DNA of 64,000 nt from Macrostomum hystrix (Eukaryota > Animalia > Platyhelminthes). The notes under the pieces are model-generated. The model ran no database searches. It saw nothing but the letters and a program-made list of their open reading frames with translations, and was not told the DNA's origin. Every line of letters begins with the position of its first letter. Position 1 is the stretch's first letter. Positions 1 to 11,553 of the stretch are shown here, one piece after another. The position numbers were made by a program, and so were the translations under genes. The stretch lies in assembly GCA_950097015.1 (NCBI GenBank), contig CATNEN010000039.1:8494001-8558000 (forward strand). Direction: 5' to 3'.

Positions 1-1306
1 ACCAGAGGCAGCTGAATATTTTTGTCTTTCGAAATTCGCCTTTACTTTTTCAGTTTTTTCAGTTTACCAGAAGAAAATTTTAATGGCTTTCAGTCCAGCC
101 AATGAGGATGGAGATTGGGGGAGAGATACAAATTAGTTGCGCAGTGAGCTTACACTCCCAGGCGGATTGTCTACCAGTCAGCCAAGTGCTGTTAATTGGC
201 ACAAAAACGTCTGAACTAGCAGCGAGAAGGAAAACTACTTCGTCTAAATAAAATCGAGAACTCCAAGCGCTGAAGTCGAAAACTAAGCATATTTAACACC
301 TCTTTTTTCCACCGACCTTGAAGGCATAACTTTGGAATAACAAGACTTCGGGTTGGGAACCGTGCAGTTTTTATAGCCGCAGACAATAAAAGCGAAATCA
401 GTTACGCCAATAAAAGCTTTCCCTCCACGCGCATGATGCAGCGAAGTTTTCAACCTCGAGCCAAAAGCCCAACTGATGACTACGGCCATTGGGATTATTG
501 GGAACAGGCTAACAAGCTTGATGGCGTGTGTGCACTGCGCTGTTGATTCTGGCCAAAATAGGCTCGTCGGAATCATCACGCCTGGCAGGTCTGGAATACC
601 TGCTAATACAGCCGGAGAACATGACATACATGAGAATAATAGGAAACCACAAACTGGCCTGTGAGAGAGACATTGCGCACTGTAAGACCGAAAATCGCTT
701 ATGAAAACAGAACATGTCCAAAATGAAGAGTCGAGGTAGAGAACGAAACTAATATTCTCTCAAGATGCGATTGGTCCGTTTATGTTCTAATTAGAAACAT
801 ATTCATAGAGAAAGTGGCAGGCACTGTTGGAAATTTCGAAAGCCTAACAGCTGATGACAAAATGGTGTATTTATAATGACACAGAAAAGCACAGAATTAA
901 CAGAAAGTTTTGTTGACTTCATAGAAAGCATACTTGAAGATTAAAAAAGCCACACTGCCATGAGACCCATAGTTAGAATGCTTAATTATAGTTTGAGTTT
1001 TCGTTTTCTTATATTTGATCGTAACTCGCAAAAACACAAAAGCTATTCTCCTTTCGGGAGCGAAGTGATTTGAGTCGCAGTTTTAACTTTCTCTTCAAAT
1101 TTCAATATTTCAAAAAACGAACAAAAAAGTTTTTTGTTTTAATGCCTTTGTTTACAAATTTCAAATATTTTATTCACCTAAAATTAATCCTATGCATGCA
1201 TGCTACTGTTTTCTATCGCCTTTTTTTAAATCGAATCGTTCAGCATTGTTACCAACATCAAATAAACAAAAAGTTAGTACTTAATCGGCGTGCGCATCTC
1301 AATAAA

Positions 1307-1336
<30 letters not shown>
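1307..1336. repeat. (AAT)n microsatellite ending a dispersed AT-rich repeat (1150-1336) that recurs, split, at 13370-13467 and 14352-14432
   Basis: AAT run is visible. Flanking sequence (ttcacctaaaattaatc..tatgcatgctactgtttt; aacatcaaataaacaaaaa) recurs on both sides of the 13.5-14.3 kb element. Confidence 0.75.
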
Positions 1337-1337
<1 letters not shown>

Positions 1338-3499
1338 TCACGAGCGATCGTAAGTAAACTATGAATGAAAAGCTGTTTAGGTGTGTTATAATTTTTATTC
1401 TCAGGTCTTTTATTCGAGAAACTATGCAAAATCAATTAGTTTTTACGTGTTTTTACGTATTGACATGACAAAAATGCAAGATAAAAAATGAATTAAATCA
1501 CGCTACTATTTAGATTATAAAAACAAGCGCGTGTTGCTAAGAAAGCGAAAGTTGGCTACATCGAGACTGTCATTTGTGCTCTGTAATTTGCCAGTATCTC
1601 TGTTCTTGTTCTGTTAATTGTTCGTCTTCTTAAACCATCAAATACAGGACCTTGTCTGATGTACTTACTAGTTAAAAGTTTTTAACTTTGTTGGAAATTT
1701 CAACTGTTTCGGATTTAAATTTACGTTTACTAGAGATTTGATTTACTTGACAAATTACCATCGTAAAAAAGTAAAAGTTGCAATTTTAGCTGAATCACAG
1801 TAGACACGCGGGCGCCGTCCTGAGCCCTGGGGTGACTTCTCGCCGGGGTAAGACAGATATGAGGCCGGGTCGCACGCTGATTGGCCAGGACTGTTGCCCG
1901 GGGTAGCGCTCGCGGGGTAGTCGGCATCTGCCCACCTGGCTGGCCCGGGAAATAACACGGGTCTAAAAATAAACTACGCGACAACTGAATAATGCAAAAT
2001 AGTACACTGAAAAATAACACAGAGACAAAAGGGCAACAAGCTGACACTACACAACTGCCTGGCACTTTTGGGCAGATTCTGCGTTCATATTCTACTCTTG
2101 GTCTGGCTGTTCTCTGTGTCTCGCAGACCAGCTTGTAGCTACTGAGTCGAAATGCAGTCTATGCTTTGGCAGCGATACACTTTCCAAATATTTTTCCGGA
2201 GAATGTAAAGTTTTAAAAGTGTAAAGTTTCTTAAGTTAATGACGTATGTCAAGGAGGTCCCTATTAGCGAAATAAGCAACTAGAGTTCCAATCCTGAGTT
2301 CGCGGCATTTTTTAATAACGTTAGCTCATCGTTGTTGAGAGCCGCAGAAATTTATCGATCCCATTGCAAGATTTCGATTCCTTTCGAAAATTTGACCTGC
2401 AAATTTTCGCTACAACATGAAAACTAAATCCCTGCACGCATTCAACTTTCACCTGCCAGCAGACTTTAGAAGACCGCAGACGGGTTTAATTAGCTCGCAG
2501 TCCATAAATTTAAGGATGCAAAAGAGGCTGGTGGATGACTGCGGAAAAAAACCTACAATGCTTTTAAGCCGAACCGTTGTGCGGTCTGAAGTGGGCGACG
2601 GTTTATGACCAACACCGACGTCAGGAGTGCGCGCTGCTTGAAAAGCCACGCAAACATGCTTTGCGAAGTGCGCTCGCTGATGTTTTATTGGCTTGGAAAC
2701 GCGGCCTATAGATCAGAAGACTTTCGTCGAAGAGATCGACAGCTGCGGGCTGTAGCAAACTGCGCGAGGCCGCAGTCAGGAATGCAGCTTGTCTGGTAGC
2801 CACGCCAGGCATTTGCTTTATTGCTGGACACAACTTTACCTATGTGGTAGGCCACTGCTTCTAAGAGTTACTTTCAGACTTTGACCTTACGAATCGATCA
2901 TAGTCGAGTATTCTGCTTGAATTTAAGATCTGAATTTTCAAAGCAGATATAATCTATGCATTGGAACTACTGCCCTACTGTCAGTTATACCACAACAGAG
3001 ATCAGATTTTATGTAGTCACCAATCAGAAACCTGTCAAAAATGTATACTTTGGAGGCCCCTATACCATGCACCTTGACATATCAAAATGTACATTAAAGC
3101 ATATTTGACATGAACACAAAACCGTGAAATGTTCTTGCTGTGCAAAAAAATGAGTAAAAACTCAAATTAGATCCTTAACGGTTGATCTCAGGTACATTGG
3201 GGAGGGGCTGAGGGGATGAGATTCATGGGGTGAGACTCAGGTTGAGACTAATGCTGGTGGGTCGAGACACATTGTTGAGATTCGGACAGGGGTGAGATTC
3301 AGTGAGAGGTTGGACTCAGGGGTAGAAGGTAGGAGAAGGCGGGAAAGAAGGCGAGATTGACGCCAATCAATAGGAGAACAGCTGCCTACGACACCCACTC
3401 CCTCCAAAAGTAACCACTAGGTGCGCAATCCGTATTGCCGGTGCCTGCAGCTGAGCCACTGTCAGCCGGCTGATGAGTTGAAGCCGAAGCAGATGGAGG

Positions 3500-3870
3500 C
3501 CTGCGGCTGCCAGGTGCCAGGTCGTTTAGAGTGACCTTCAAGTTGTTCGGAGCGTTGAGGTGGGAAGGGTACAGCTGTGGGAGTTCGCGCCCCCACTGAT
3601 GCAGGTCCGATTCGACCATCAGCTTCCTGTAGCTGGCCATCGTCAAACTCCCATACAACATGCGGGCTGTAGTTAGCCTCAAGGCGTTCACCGATCTTTC
3701 GGTGTAGGCATCAGCACGCAGGTGTTCACACGGACCCGTAGATCATCGAGCTGTCATTAATTGGGTGCAGAAGAATTTGAGCATTGACAGTGATCCAATA
3801 TCCGATATAGTTCTTCTCCAGGCTTGGTAGCTGCTTCTTGAAGACAAAGTTGCCATTCTTCGTGCAGGCT
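3500..3870 (-). mobile_element. Possible degenerate Helitron Rep/helicase-linker fragment
   Basis: Minus-strand peptides 'EEWQLCLQEAA..GEELYRILDHC' and 'ESDLHQWGRELPQL' loosely resemble the EW..CL.EAA and L...G.SL motifs between Helitron Rep and PIF1 domains. Frameshifted and weak. Confidence 0.25.
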
Positions 3871-4099
3871 CTCGCTAGAGAATCCGCAACCGCGGTCAAT
3901 GCGGCGCTCCGCGGTTGCGGATTCTGCTTGAAAGGTTTCCGGCGACTTACGGCTCGCTGTTGTTGTTCCTGGACGGTGCGCCGCAGGGCGCATCGTCCAG
4001 GCGCCGCTGGCTGGGCGCGGACTCAGGCTCGGCCGGTTGAAGCCGGTCAAGATGCAGGCTGAGCTTCCGCCCTAGCATCAGCTCAGCCGGGTCTTCTTG

Positions 4100-4727
4100 G
4101 TCAGCGCGTGTTCGGCCGAGCGATACGCTAGCAGGAGTTCCTGCACCGCTTGCTTCATGGCCACGCCGTCGGCCAACAGGGCTCGTAGAGAAGACTTGAT
4201 GAAGCCGTTGAACCTTCCGACTCCGCCGTTCTGCTGCGGACAATAGAATGGAGTCCTGCGATGCTTGATGCCAAGTGTGGTCCGCTGTCAGTTGTGATCT
4301 CGTCTGGCAGGCCCCAGCGGACGAACAGGCTGCGAAGGGCCTCGATGCAGGCAGTAGAGGTTACCGATAAAGACGCGATGATCTCGGGCCACTTAGAGTA
4401 GAGGTCGTGAACGACGACGATCTGTGCGAATTTGCCGGGAGCTCTCCGACGATGTCGACTTGGAGCTGTCTCCACGGGCCGGCTGGTAGTTCCGTGGTTG
4501 ACCAGGGCACCTTGATCGGCTTGAACGCCTTCTCCGACAGAATGCAGGCGCTGCAGTTCCTCACGAATGTCTCCACGTCACTGTCAATGCGCGGCCACCA
4601 GACAGTTTCGCGGCATCGCGCCTTGACCTTCGCCACGCCGAGATGCCCTTGATACGCCTCCGTAACACCAGGTCGCGGAGTGAGGCTGGGATTACCGCTC
4701 GGTTGCCTCTCGCCAGACAGCGCCCGT
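4100..4727 (-). pseudogene. Gypsy integrase (Zn-binding domain and core), frameshifted
   Basis: GHLGVAKVKARCRETVWWPRIDSDVETFVRNCSAC; DLYSKWPEI; GLPDEITTDSGPH. Confidence 0.88.
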
Positions 4728-6985
4728 TTTTGTTGTTGTTGGCGTACGGATCCCTCGCTAGGCATATGGGGGGCGCGCCAGCGCGCCCGTCGCCTCGACG
4801 AAGATCCACACCCGATTCGGGTCCTCCCACAGGAGGGACATTGAGCCAGCAGAATGGAGGAGGTTGCGGCGTTGATCGGCCCACCTGGGGCAGTCAAGCA
4901 GGAAGTGCCGCGTGTCCTCCTCGGCAGCGTTGCAGTGAGGGCAAGACGCAGCGGGTACCTTGCCCCAGCGGTGTAGAGTGGCTTGCAGGAAAGGCGCGTG
5001 GTTCGCCCTGAGTTGGAACAGCGCCACCTCCGCCGCACGAGGCCAGGCACGGCCGACCTGCAGCCGTTTGCCGCCGCTGAGTCGGTGTGGGTGGTCCAGA
5101 GGGACTAGGTCTTTGTAAGCTCGGTCGTCTTCCGCTTGACCTTGCCGCTTGAGAGCAGCTCTGAGCGCCGCAACCGGTGTTGGCATGTTCTCTTGCGGGA
5201 GCGTGCAGCCCCCGCGTGCCAGAATGTCGGCTTCCTCATTGAGCGCAAGACCGGCGTGACACGGTACCCAGATTACAGTGGGCCGGTGGTCCGTGGCGAG
5301 CTGCTCCAGCAGAATGGACGCCTGTGCAGTTGCGTGGTCTGTCTGGCATTTACGCTGTGACTGGAGCCGGTCGAAGAGCGCTTGGGAGTCGAACAGCAGC
5401 CAGTCGGCCATGCTGGGGCGTCCGTGGAGCTTGGCCAGGGCCGCCTCGAGACCAGCTGCGGCCGCAGCGGCCTCCGCGGTCGTTGAGCAGGTTAGGTGCC
5501 CCGCTGGGACACTGCCTCTGATGTCCCGGCTCCCTGGGGCCCGCTGCCGAATCAGGTAGCCGCCTCCTCCATCACGGATGCCTTCCTCTGCCGCGCCGTC
5601 GGTCCAGATCTGCAGGTCTGGTGGGTCTTCCTGCCTCAGGCGGTCTAGCAGCTCCAGGGTTCTTGTCCTCCGAACAAGTGGTGCCTCGTCGCGGCTGGTT
5701 TCGACACGGACGAAGCGGGTCTGGAGACTGCGGGACCAGGGGCGACGAAAGCAGGTGGGGGGAATGCGGCCTTCCACCCGGTCGCGGTCTCCTTCCACAG
5801 TGCTCAGTATCTCGATGGCCGACTCGCGCCAAGAGCTTCGGGTGCCCGCGATCCTCGCCTTGAGTCTGGTGCGGGTGGCCAGTTGAGCCAGCTGGGCCAC
5901 GGCGTCGAGGGTGCTTCGACCCGCTCGGAAGCCTGACTGCTCATCGGGGATCAGGCCGTTCTCTTCGGCCCAGGCGTTCATGCGATTGTTGACCATGGCC
6001 TCGAGGGTCTTGCCTACGCAGCTCAGCAGAGAGACTGGGCGGTAGGAGGCTGGGTCGTGGGTCGGCTTGTCTTTCTTAGCGATTGGACAAATGATGGCCG
6101 TGCGCCACGCTGAGGGGACTCTCCCCTCGCGCCAGCTCCTGTTCAACAGAGTCAAAAGCGCCCGCCGGCCTTCGTCTTGTAGTTTCTGCAGAAAAGCTGG
6201 GAGGATGCCATCCTTTCCAGGGGCGGAGCCTGCGGAGCTCCGGAGGACTTCCGCCAGTTCCGCCATGTGAAATGGGGCCTCGCGTGGGTCTTTGCTGCAT
6301 GTTCCGAGCGCTCTACGGACCTCGAGTCTGGCTCCTTGTTGGTCTGCTTTCGGGACTCTGAGCCGGCTGACTGCCGCGTAGGTTTTAATCGCCAGGTCCG
6401 CTTTTTCCCTGTCCGTGGTTGCTGTCTTTTCGCCCTGCCGTAGCGGCGTGTCCGGGAGCGGCTGCCGGGCCCTACCGTCCAGCGCCCGGATTGTCCGCCA
6501 CACCTTGGATTCAGGTGCGCGGGTGGATAAGCCGGAGACGAATTGCCGCCAGGCTGCGGCCTTGGCCTGACTATAGACGCGATCCGCATTCTCGCGAGCT
6601 GTGCGGTAAGCCGCCGCTGCGTCCTCATCTCCCTGGGCAGCCCTGGTGTCTGCTAGCGTCCCACGCGTGGCCCGTTGTGCGGCTCGACAGCTGTCATTCC
6701 ACCAGCTCTTGGGCTTCTTGACACTCTCCTTCGCGGGATGCAGCTGGCAGAGAGAGAGAGAGCGGAGAGAAGGCGTCTGCAGAACTCGCTGTTGGCGGCC
6801 TCTATCGATCCGAAAGCCTCGGCCGACCAGTGACGGAGTTGCTCATCGGCCTTTCCGGCGAATAGCGGCCACCCGAAAACCCGAAGGTCTGGGTGCGGGC
6901 GCCAAGGCGGCATCCGGTGGGTGGAGGCACTTTGCGCAGTAAAGCTGCGACATCGGTCCCCGCGGGAAGGGGGCCTCCGTTGACC
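4728..6985 (-). mobile_element. 5'-truncated non-LTR retrotransposon (I/Ingi-group type, RT + RNase H + CCHC) with (CAA)n tail and 12-bp TSD
   Basis: ORF 4758-6503: APGKDGI, WRTAIICPIAK, YRPVSLLSCVGK, QSGFRAGRST; RNase H IWTDG..AE..FDSQ..WVPCHAG..NEEAD; CPHC..HFLLDC. Minus-strand tail CAACAACAACAAAA. GACAGCGCCCGT is duplicated at 4716-4727 and 6986-6997. Confidence 0.95.
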
Positions 6986-6999
6986 GACAGCGCCCGTCG

Positions 7000-8500
7000 T
7001 TCCACAGGCAGAGCTCGTGCTGCACCTGATGGAAACCCTTCAGGTCGCTAGGAGGGTCTCGGTGGGCCATCCGTTGAGCACAAACTGAATGACTCGCTGC
7101 AGTTGGTCATCGCTAGCTGTGGCCTCGCCGAGCTGAGCAACTGAAATAGGCTCGGAGCTCCTGGCAAGCACTAGGTTGATGTCTGACTCAGTTTGACGTT
7201 GATCAAATTGGCCGATCTTTTTACGATCGTAGCCGTAGCGGGATAGAAAGTCAGGTTGGACGTTTAGCTTTCCAGGAACATACTCGATGTCGAAATCGTA
7301 GACGAAGAGTCTCTCACACCAGCGTTGAAGTCGAAGAGGCCGCTGGCTGCATCCACGTGCTGATAGCAGGGTGGTCAGAGCCTGGTGGTCGTTCAGCAGC
7401 TTGAACTTCCGGCCGTACAGCAGAAGGTGCCAGTGCCGCAGCTCCAGACGCAGGCCAGGGCCTCCTTCTCCGTCGCGGAGTAACGGCGCTCGGTGTCGGA
7501 TAGAGCGCGCGAGGCGAAGGTGACTGGACGAAGTTGTCCACGCTCGTCAATTTGGCCCAGAGTAGCGCCCAGGGCGACGTCGCTTCTGTCACACGAGACA
7601 ACTGTTTCGTGGCTCTGATTGAAGAATTTTAGGCACGGCACGGATGAGATGAGCCGCTTGACCTCGCTGGGCTGCCTCGCACTTCTTGTCCCAGTTCCAG
7701 GGCACATCATTGCGCAGGAGTGCTGTCAGCGGCTCGGCGACATGCGACAGGTTCTTGATGTAGAACTGGAGGAACTTTGCGAAGCCGAGGAAGGAAGCGA
7801 GCTCCGACGCGTTCGTCGGTGCCTTGAGTTGCTCTACCGACTCAGCGTGGGACTGAAGCGGCTGAATGACGGCGGCGCTGATCTGATGTCCGACGAACTC
7901 GATCTCCGGAACCTTGAAAACGCACTTTTTGAGTTTGATGGTGACTCGGTGCTGCAGCAGCTTGTCTAGGACTCGGAGAAGGCGTTTGTCATGCTCGGCT
8001 TCCGTTGCCGCGTGCACTGCGATGTCATCTTGATAGTGCATGACGCCGTCGATGCCTTCCAGGATCTTGCCGACGACCTTCTGGAAGGCCGCCGGAGCTG
8101 AGCTGATTCCGAACGGCATTCGCTTGAATCGGTACAGGCCGGATTCTGTGTGGAAGCAGGTCAGGTTCTTGGCGTCTTCGTGCAGCGGCAGTTGCAGGTA
8201 CGACTGGTTGAGATCAATCCGCGAGAACAAATTGGATTTGGCAAACTCGGTAACTAGGTCGGCGAATGTTGGCAGTGACATCGAGTCTGGGACAATCGCC
8301 TTGTTGACGCTGCGCAGATCGGCGCGCCTTCTTCCTTCCAGCGCTGGATCTCCGCAGCACACTCTTGGCGCAGAGCGAGCGGCAGCCGGCGCATCCGCTG
8401 GGCTACCGGCGGCACGGTCGGGTCCACCCTGGGGCGGTGGCCGAACCCCTTGATCTCGCCGAGACCGATGCCTAAAGTGTGGTACTTGGCAGGAATCCAA
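7000..8500 (-). pseudogene. Gypsy reverse transcriptase / RNase H (frameshifted)
   Basis: ORFs 7589-8500 (YQDD) and 7393-7710 (RNase H motifs) lie in different frames. Confidence 0.9.
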
Positions 8501-9655
8501 TCTGGCATAGGTGGCATACCTGAAGGCTCGGTACCCGAGCTGGTAGTGAAGATTTGATGGCCTCGAGTTTGTCCATCCGGTCGATGCCCATCAGGTCGTC
8601 GCCATCCATCAGAATTGTGAAGGTGAACAACGGAAGCTGAACGCCGTCGAACTCGACCCTGGCATCGATCTCGCCGGCGACGCTGATACTGGAGCCGTTG
8701 TAGGACAGCAGCTTCTTCTCGGAAGAGCGCAGAGGGATTTTAGATCCGAAGATTTGGCGGCTTGTCTCCACACTGAGGATGGAGACTTTGGCGGCTATGT
8801 CCACCAGTAACGGAATGCTGTGACCGTTGATTCTTATGCTGGCCCTCTTGTACTGGCCTTTGTTGCTCGACCCGACAGCGAAGATACTCTGCTGTCTGGA
8901 GCTGTCTATCTCGACGCCTTGAATCTTCTTGTGGCCTGAGGTCGGTGCCGTCGTGCTGCTCTTGGACACCTTGGCGAAGTGGTTGAGCCTCCCGCACTTT
9001 GTGCACGCCTTCCCTCGTGCCGCACAGCGCGGGTCGCTGCCTGTGCGGTGGCCTCGCTGGCCGCAGTGCGAGCAGCAGAACTGGTTCTGCTGACCCGTCT
9101 GGCGCTGCTTGGCGTCATAAGAAGCTCTCTTAAAGTTGATCTTCTTGATGCTGTCGTCGGCTGCTGTCTTGCCAGTCAGCGACTTCTCACTCTGGACCGC
9201 CATTTCCGCCTGGGCTGCAATTTGGATTGCCCCGCCCAGCGTGAGCTCCTTCTCAAGTAGAAGTCTTTCGCGCACCTTTGAGGACGAGGTGCCAAAGATC
9301 AGCTGGTCCAGGATAAGGTCGTCATGGAGGACTCCGAACTGGCAGTCCTTGGCGGCGTGGCGCAGATTTGCCACAAAGGCTTGCACGCCTTCGGCGCTTC
9401 GCTGGACGCACTTCCGGAATTCGTGCCTCTTGGCATACACGCTCACTGCTGGCTGGAAGTGCTGCTCCAGGAGATCGCATGCCGCTGCTAGTGTTGTCGG
9501 AGCCGTTTCCTGATTAGCCGAGAGAGTCCGGTAGATTCGTACTCCTTCGCGCCCAAGGCAGTGGGTGAGCAGCGCAATCTTCCTGGCTTCTTGCAGGCTG
9601 TCTATTCCGGATGCTAGCAGGTAGGTGTCAAACTCAGCGGCCCAGATTTCCCACT
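8472..9655 (-). pseudogene. Gypsy gag-protease reading frame (5' truncated)
   Basis: ORF 8472-9446 extends upstream (WEIWAAEFDTYLLASG..KIALLTHCLG). It has two CCHC-type knuckles and a mutated aspartic protease motif. Confidence 0.88.
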
Positions 9656-10143
9656 GAGAGAGTCGGGGTTAAGTCGAGAGCCTTGTTACGAGTAAGAGAG
9701 TCGAGGCCCGATTGGGTTAAAGCAAAGTTTTTGTAGGCACTGTCGGCTGGATTTTTTTGGTTAGGACTAGGGTTCTGCTTAGAATCAAATCCCCATTGAC
9801 TATGGTAGCTAATTAGCGATGCAAACTAACAGCCACTGCAGGGTCACTATTACATTGATTGCCTGCTAAAGGGGTGTCATTGGTTAGCTGCTACCAAAGG
9901 GGGTCATAGGTTACCTGCTTAACGGATTTTATTCATTAATTCTTTGCTAAAGGGAGACATTGGTTGCCTGCTGATGGACATTGATCATTACCTGCTGAGG
10001 GTCCCTGCTATATGGGGGGGCAATGGTTTGCTCTCAAGGGGGGCGAATATTTCTTGCTGGGGGTTTGGTAGCCTGGTATTATGGAGGTTTTATTCTGTTT
10101 GGGGGGACATAGGTTCTCTGTTGTTTGGTGGACATTTGTTATT

Positions 10144-10645
10144 TGCTGCTGGGGTGACATTAGTTCTCTGCTGCTGGGGTGACATTAGTTCTCTGCTGCT
10201 GGGGTGACATTAGTTCTCTGCTGCTGGGGTGACATTAGTTCTCTGCTGCTGGGGTGACATTAGTTCTCTGCTGCTGGGGTGACATTAGTTCTCTGCTGCT
10301 GGGGTGACATTAGTTCTCTGCTGCTGGGGTGACATTAGTTCTCTGCTGCTGGGGTGACATTAGTTCTCTGCTGCTGGGGTGACATTAGTTCTCTGCTGCT
10401 GGGGTGACATTAGTTCTCTGCTGCTGGGGTGACATTAGTTCTCTGCTGCTGGGGTGACATTAGTTCTCTGCTGCTGGGGTGACATTAGTTCTCTGCTGCT
10501 GGGGGGACATTAGAATTCTCTGCTGTTTGGGGGGACATTGTTATTTGCAGCTGGGGGACATTGGTTCTCTACTGCTGGAGGGGCATTAGTTCTCTACTGC
10601 TGGAGGGGCATTAGTTCTCTACTGCTGGAGGGGCATTAGTTCTAG
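10144..10645. repeat. 25-bp minisatellite (GGGGTGACATTAGTTCTCTGCTGCT)n with degenerate flanks from ~9840
   Basis: About 14 perfect tandem units, no spacers. Confidence 0.97.
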
Positions 10646-11450
10646 CGTACCGATCGTTACAGAAGTCCTTGTCGCAAACGCGAAATTTTACCACAACAGC
10701 CGTAGCCGATAAGAAGCTGAAATGCCGAGCCATATTTTCTATGTTTCCATAAGCACTCGATTAGCAAGGGAAGTGTTCCAGTTTCCGTACATCAGTACCA
10801 ACTGCCTCAGGCTTTCCTTCATTCCAATAGTACTCAATTAGCATAATTTTCCGCACCTTTCCTGACACCCTGGACAGCTCGGCTAAAACCGTCCCCCTGC
10901 CTACGGACTCCTCCGGTGTGCTTCGGCCATTACCTCGTCCCGGACACAAGTCCACGGTAAGACAATTAGACTATGGTAAGACAGCTACCGTAAGACGGCT
11001 AAGATTATTATGGTATTATTATGCTAATTATGGCAAGACCGTAGGACATACCATCTGACTAAAGATTCCACCAGAACTGGTTCAGCGACACCAACACCGA
11101 AGCCATGATCGAACCATACATAATGCTGCTGCCCAATGCTTTATTGGTAGAAAGCCAGACAAAATGTTTTCAACCTTTTCTTTAATTTCCCACATATTTT
11201 GCATTTGTCACATCTGCTTGCAGAAAAACTTACTAGCGCACATTTTGCGAACATGTTGGATGGCTTTCCACATGACAAGCCACTTGTGAATAGAAATCTC
11301 GATTATAATGAAGTTAACGCTACAGTTCTCAACATAATGGGGTCTCAGTTGTTTAGTAGAAATAACTCGGTTCGAACAGTAGGAACACTGAAGCTACCTA
11401 ATCAGGCGCCTGGCCGCTTCCACCACTTACTTTACCCAAGGACTACTAAA

Positions 11451-11553
11451 CAACAACAATGACTATTAAGGACTACTAAACTACTAAACAACTAGTAGTT
11501 TGTAATTGTTACTTGTATAGTAGTTTAGTAGTCCTTAGTAGTCCTTGTTGTTG
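11451..11553. repeat. Imperfect inverted repeat (~33-bp arms)
   Basis: caacaatgactattaaggactactaaactacta ... tagtagtttagtagtccttagtagtccttgttg. Confidence 0.7.

Larger units (their letters stand above)
3880..9655 (-). mobile_element. Decayed Ty3/Gypsy LTR retrotransposon internal region (gag-PR-RT-RNaseH-IN), no LTRs visible, interrupted by a LINE
   Basis: Gag with Zn knuckles (CSHCGQRGH..C; CTKCGRLNHF); protease LLVDIAA; RT FSRIDLNQSYLQL / RMPFG / YQDD; RNase H VSCD..ALGA..FASRALSDTERRYSATEKEALA; integrase GHLG..WWPRIDSDVE..C..C, PWRQLQVDIVG, DLYSKWPE, GLPDEITTDSGP. RT-RH-IN order is Gypsy. Multiple frameshifts. Confidence 0.95.

Noticed and set aside
283-2833. Short ORFs in the first 3 kb, and a GC-rich 1801-1964 block with weak terminal inverted repeats
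   Set aside because: No recognisable motifs, no consistent splice chain and no TSD.
9656-9850. 5' LTR / primer-binding site of the Gypsy element
   Set aside because: No direct repeat shared with the 3' flank and no TG..CA/PBS arrangement seen.
10144-10645. CRISPR-like appearance of this and the other 17-33-bp arrays
   Set aside because: Units are head-to-tail with no unique spacers, there are no cas genes, and the context is eukaryotic.
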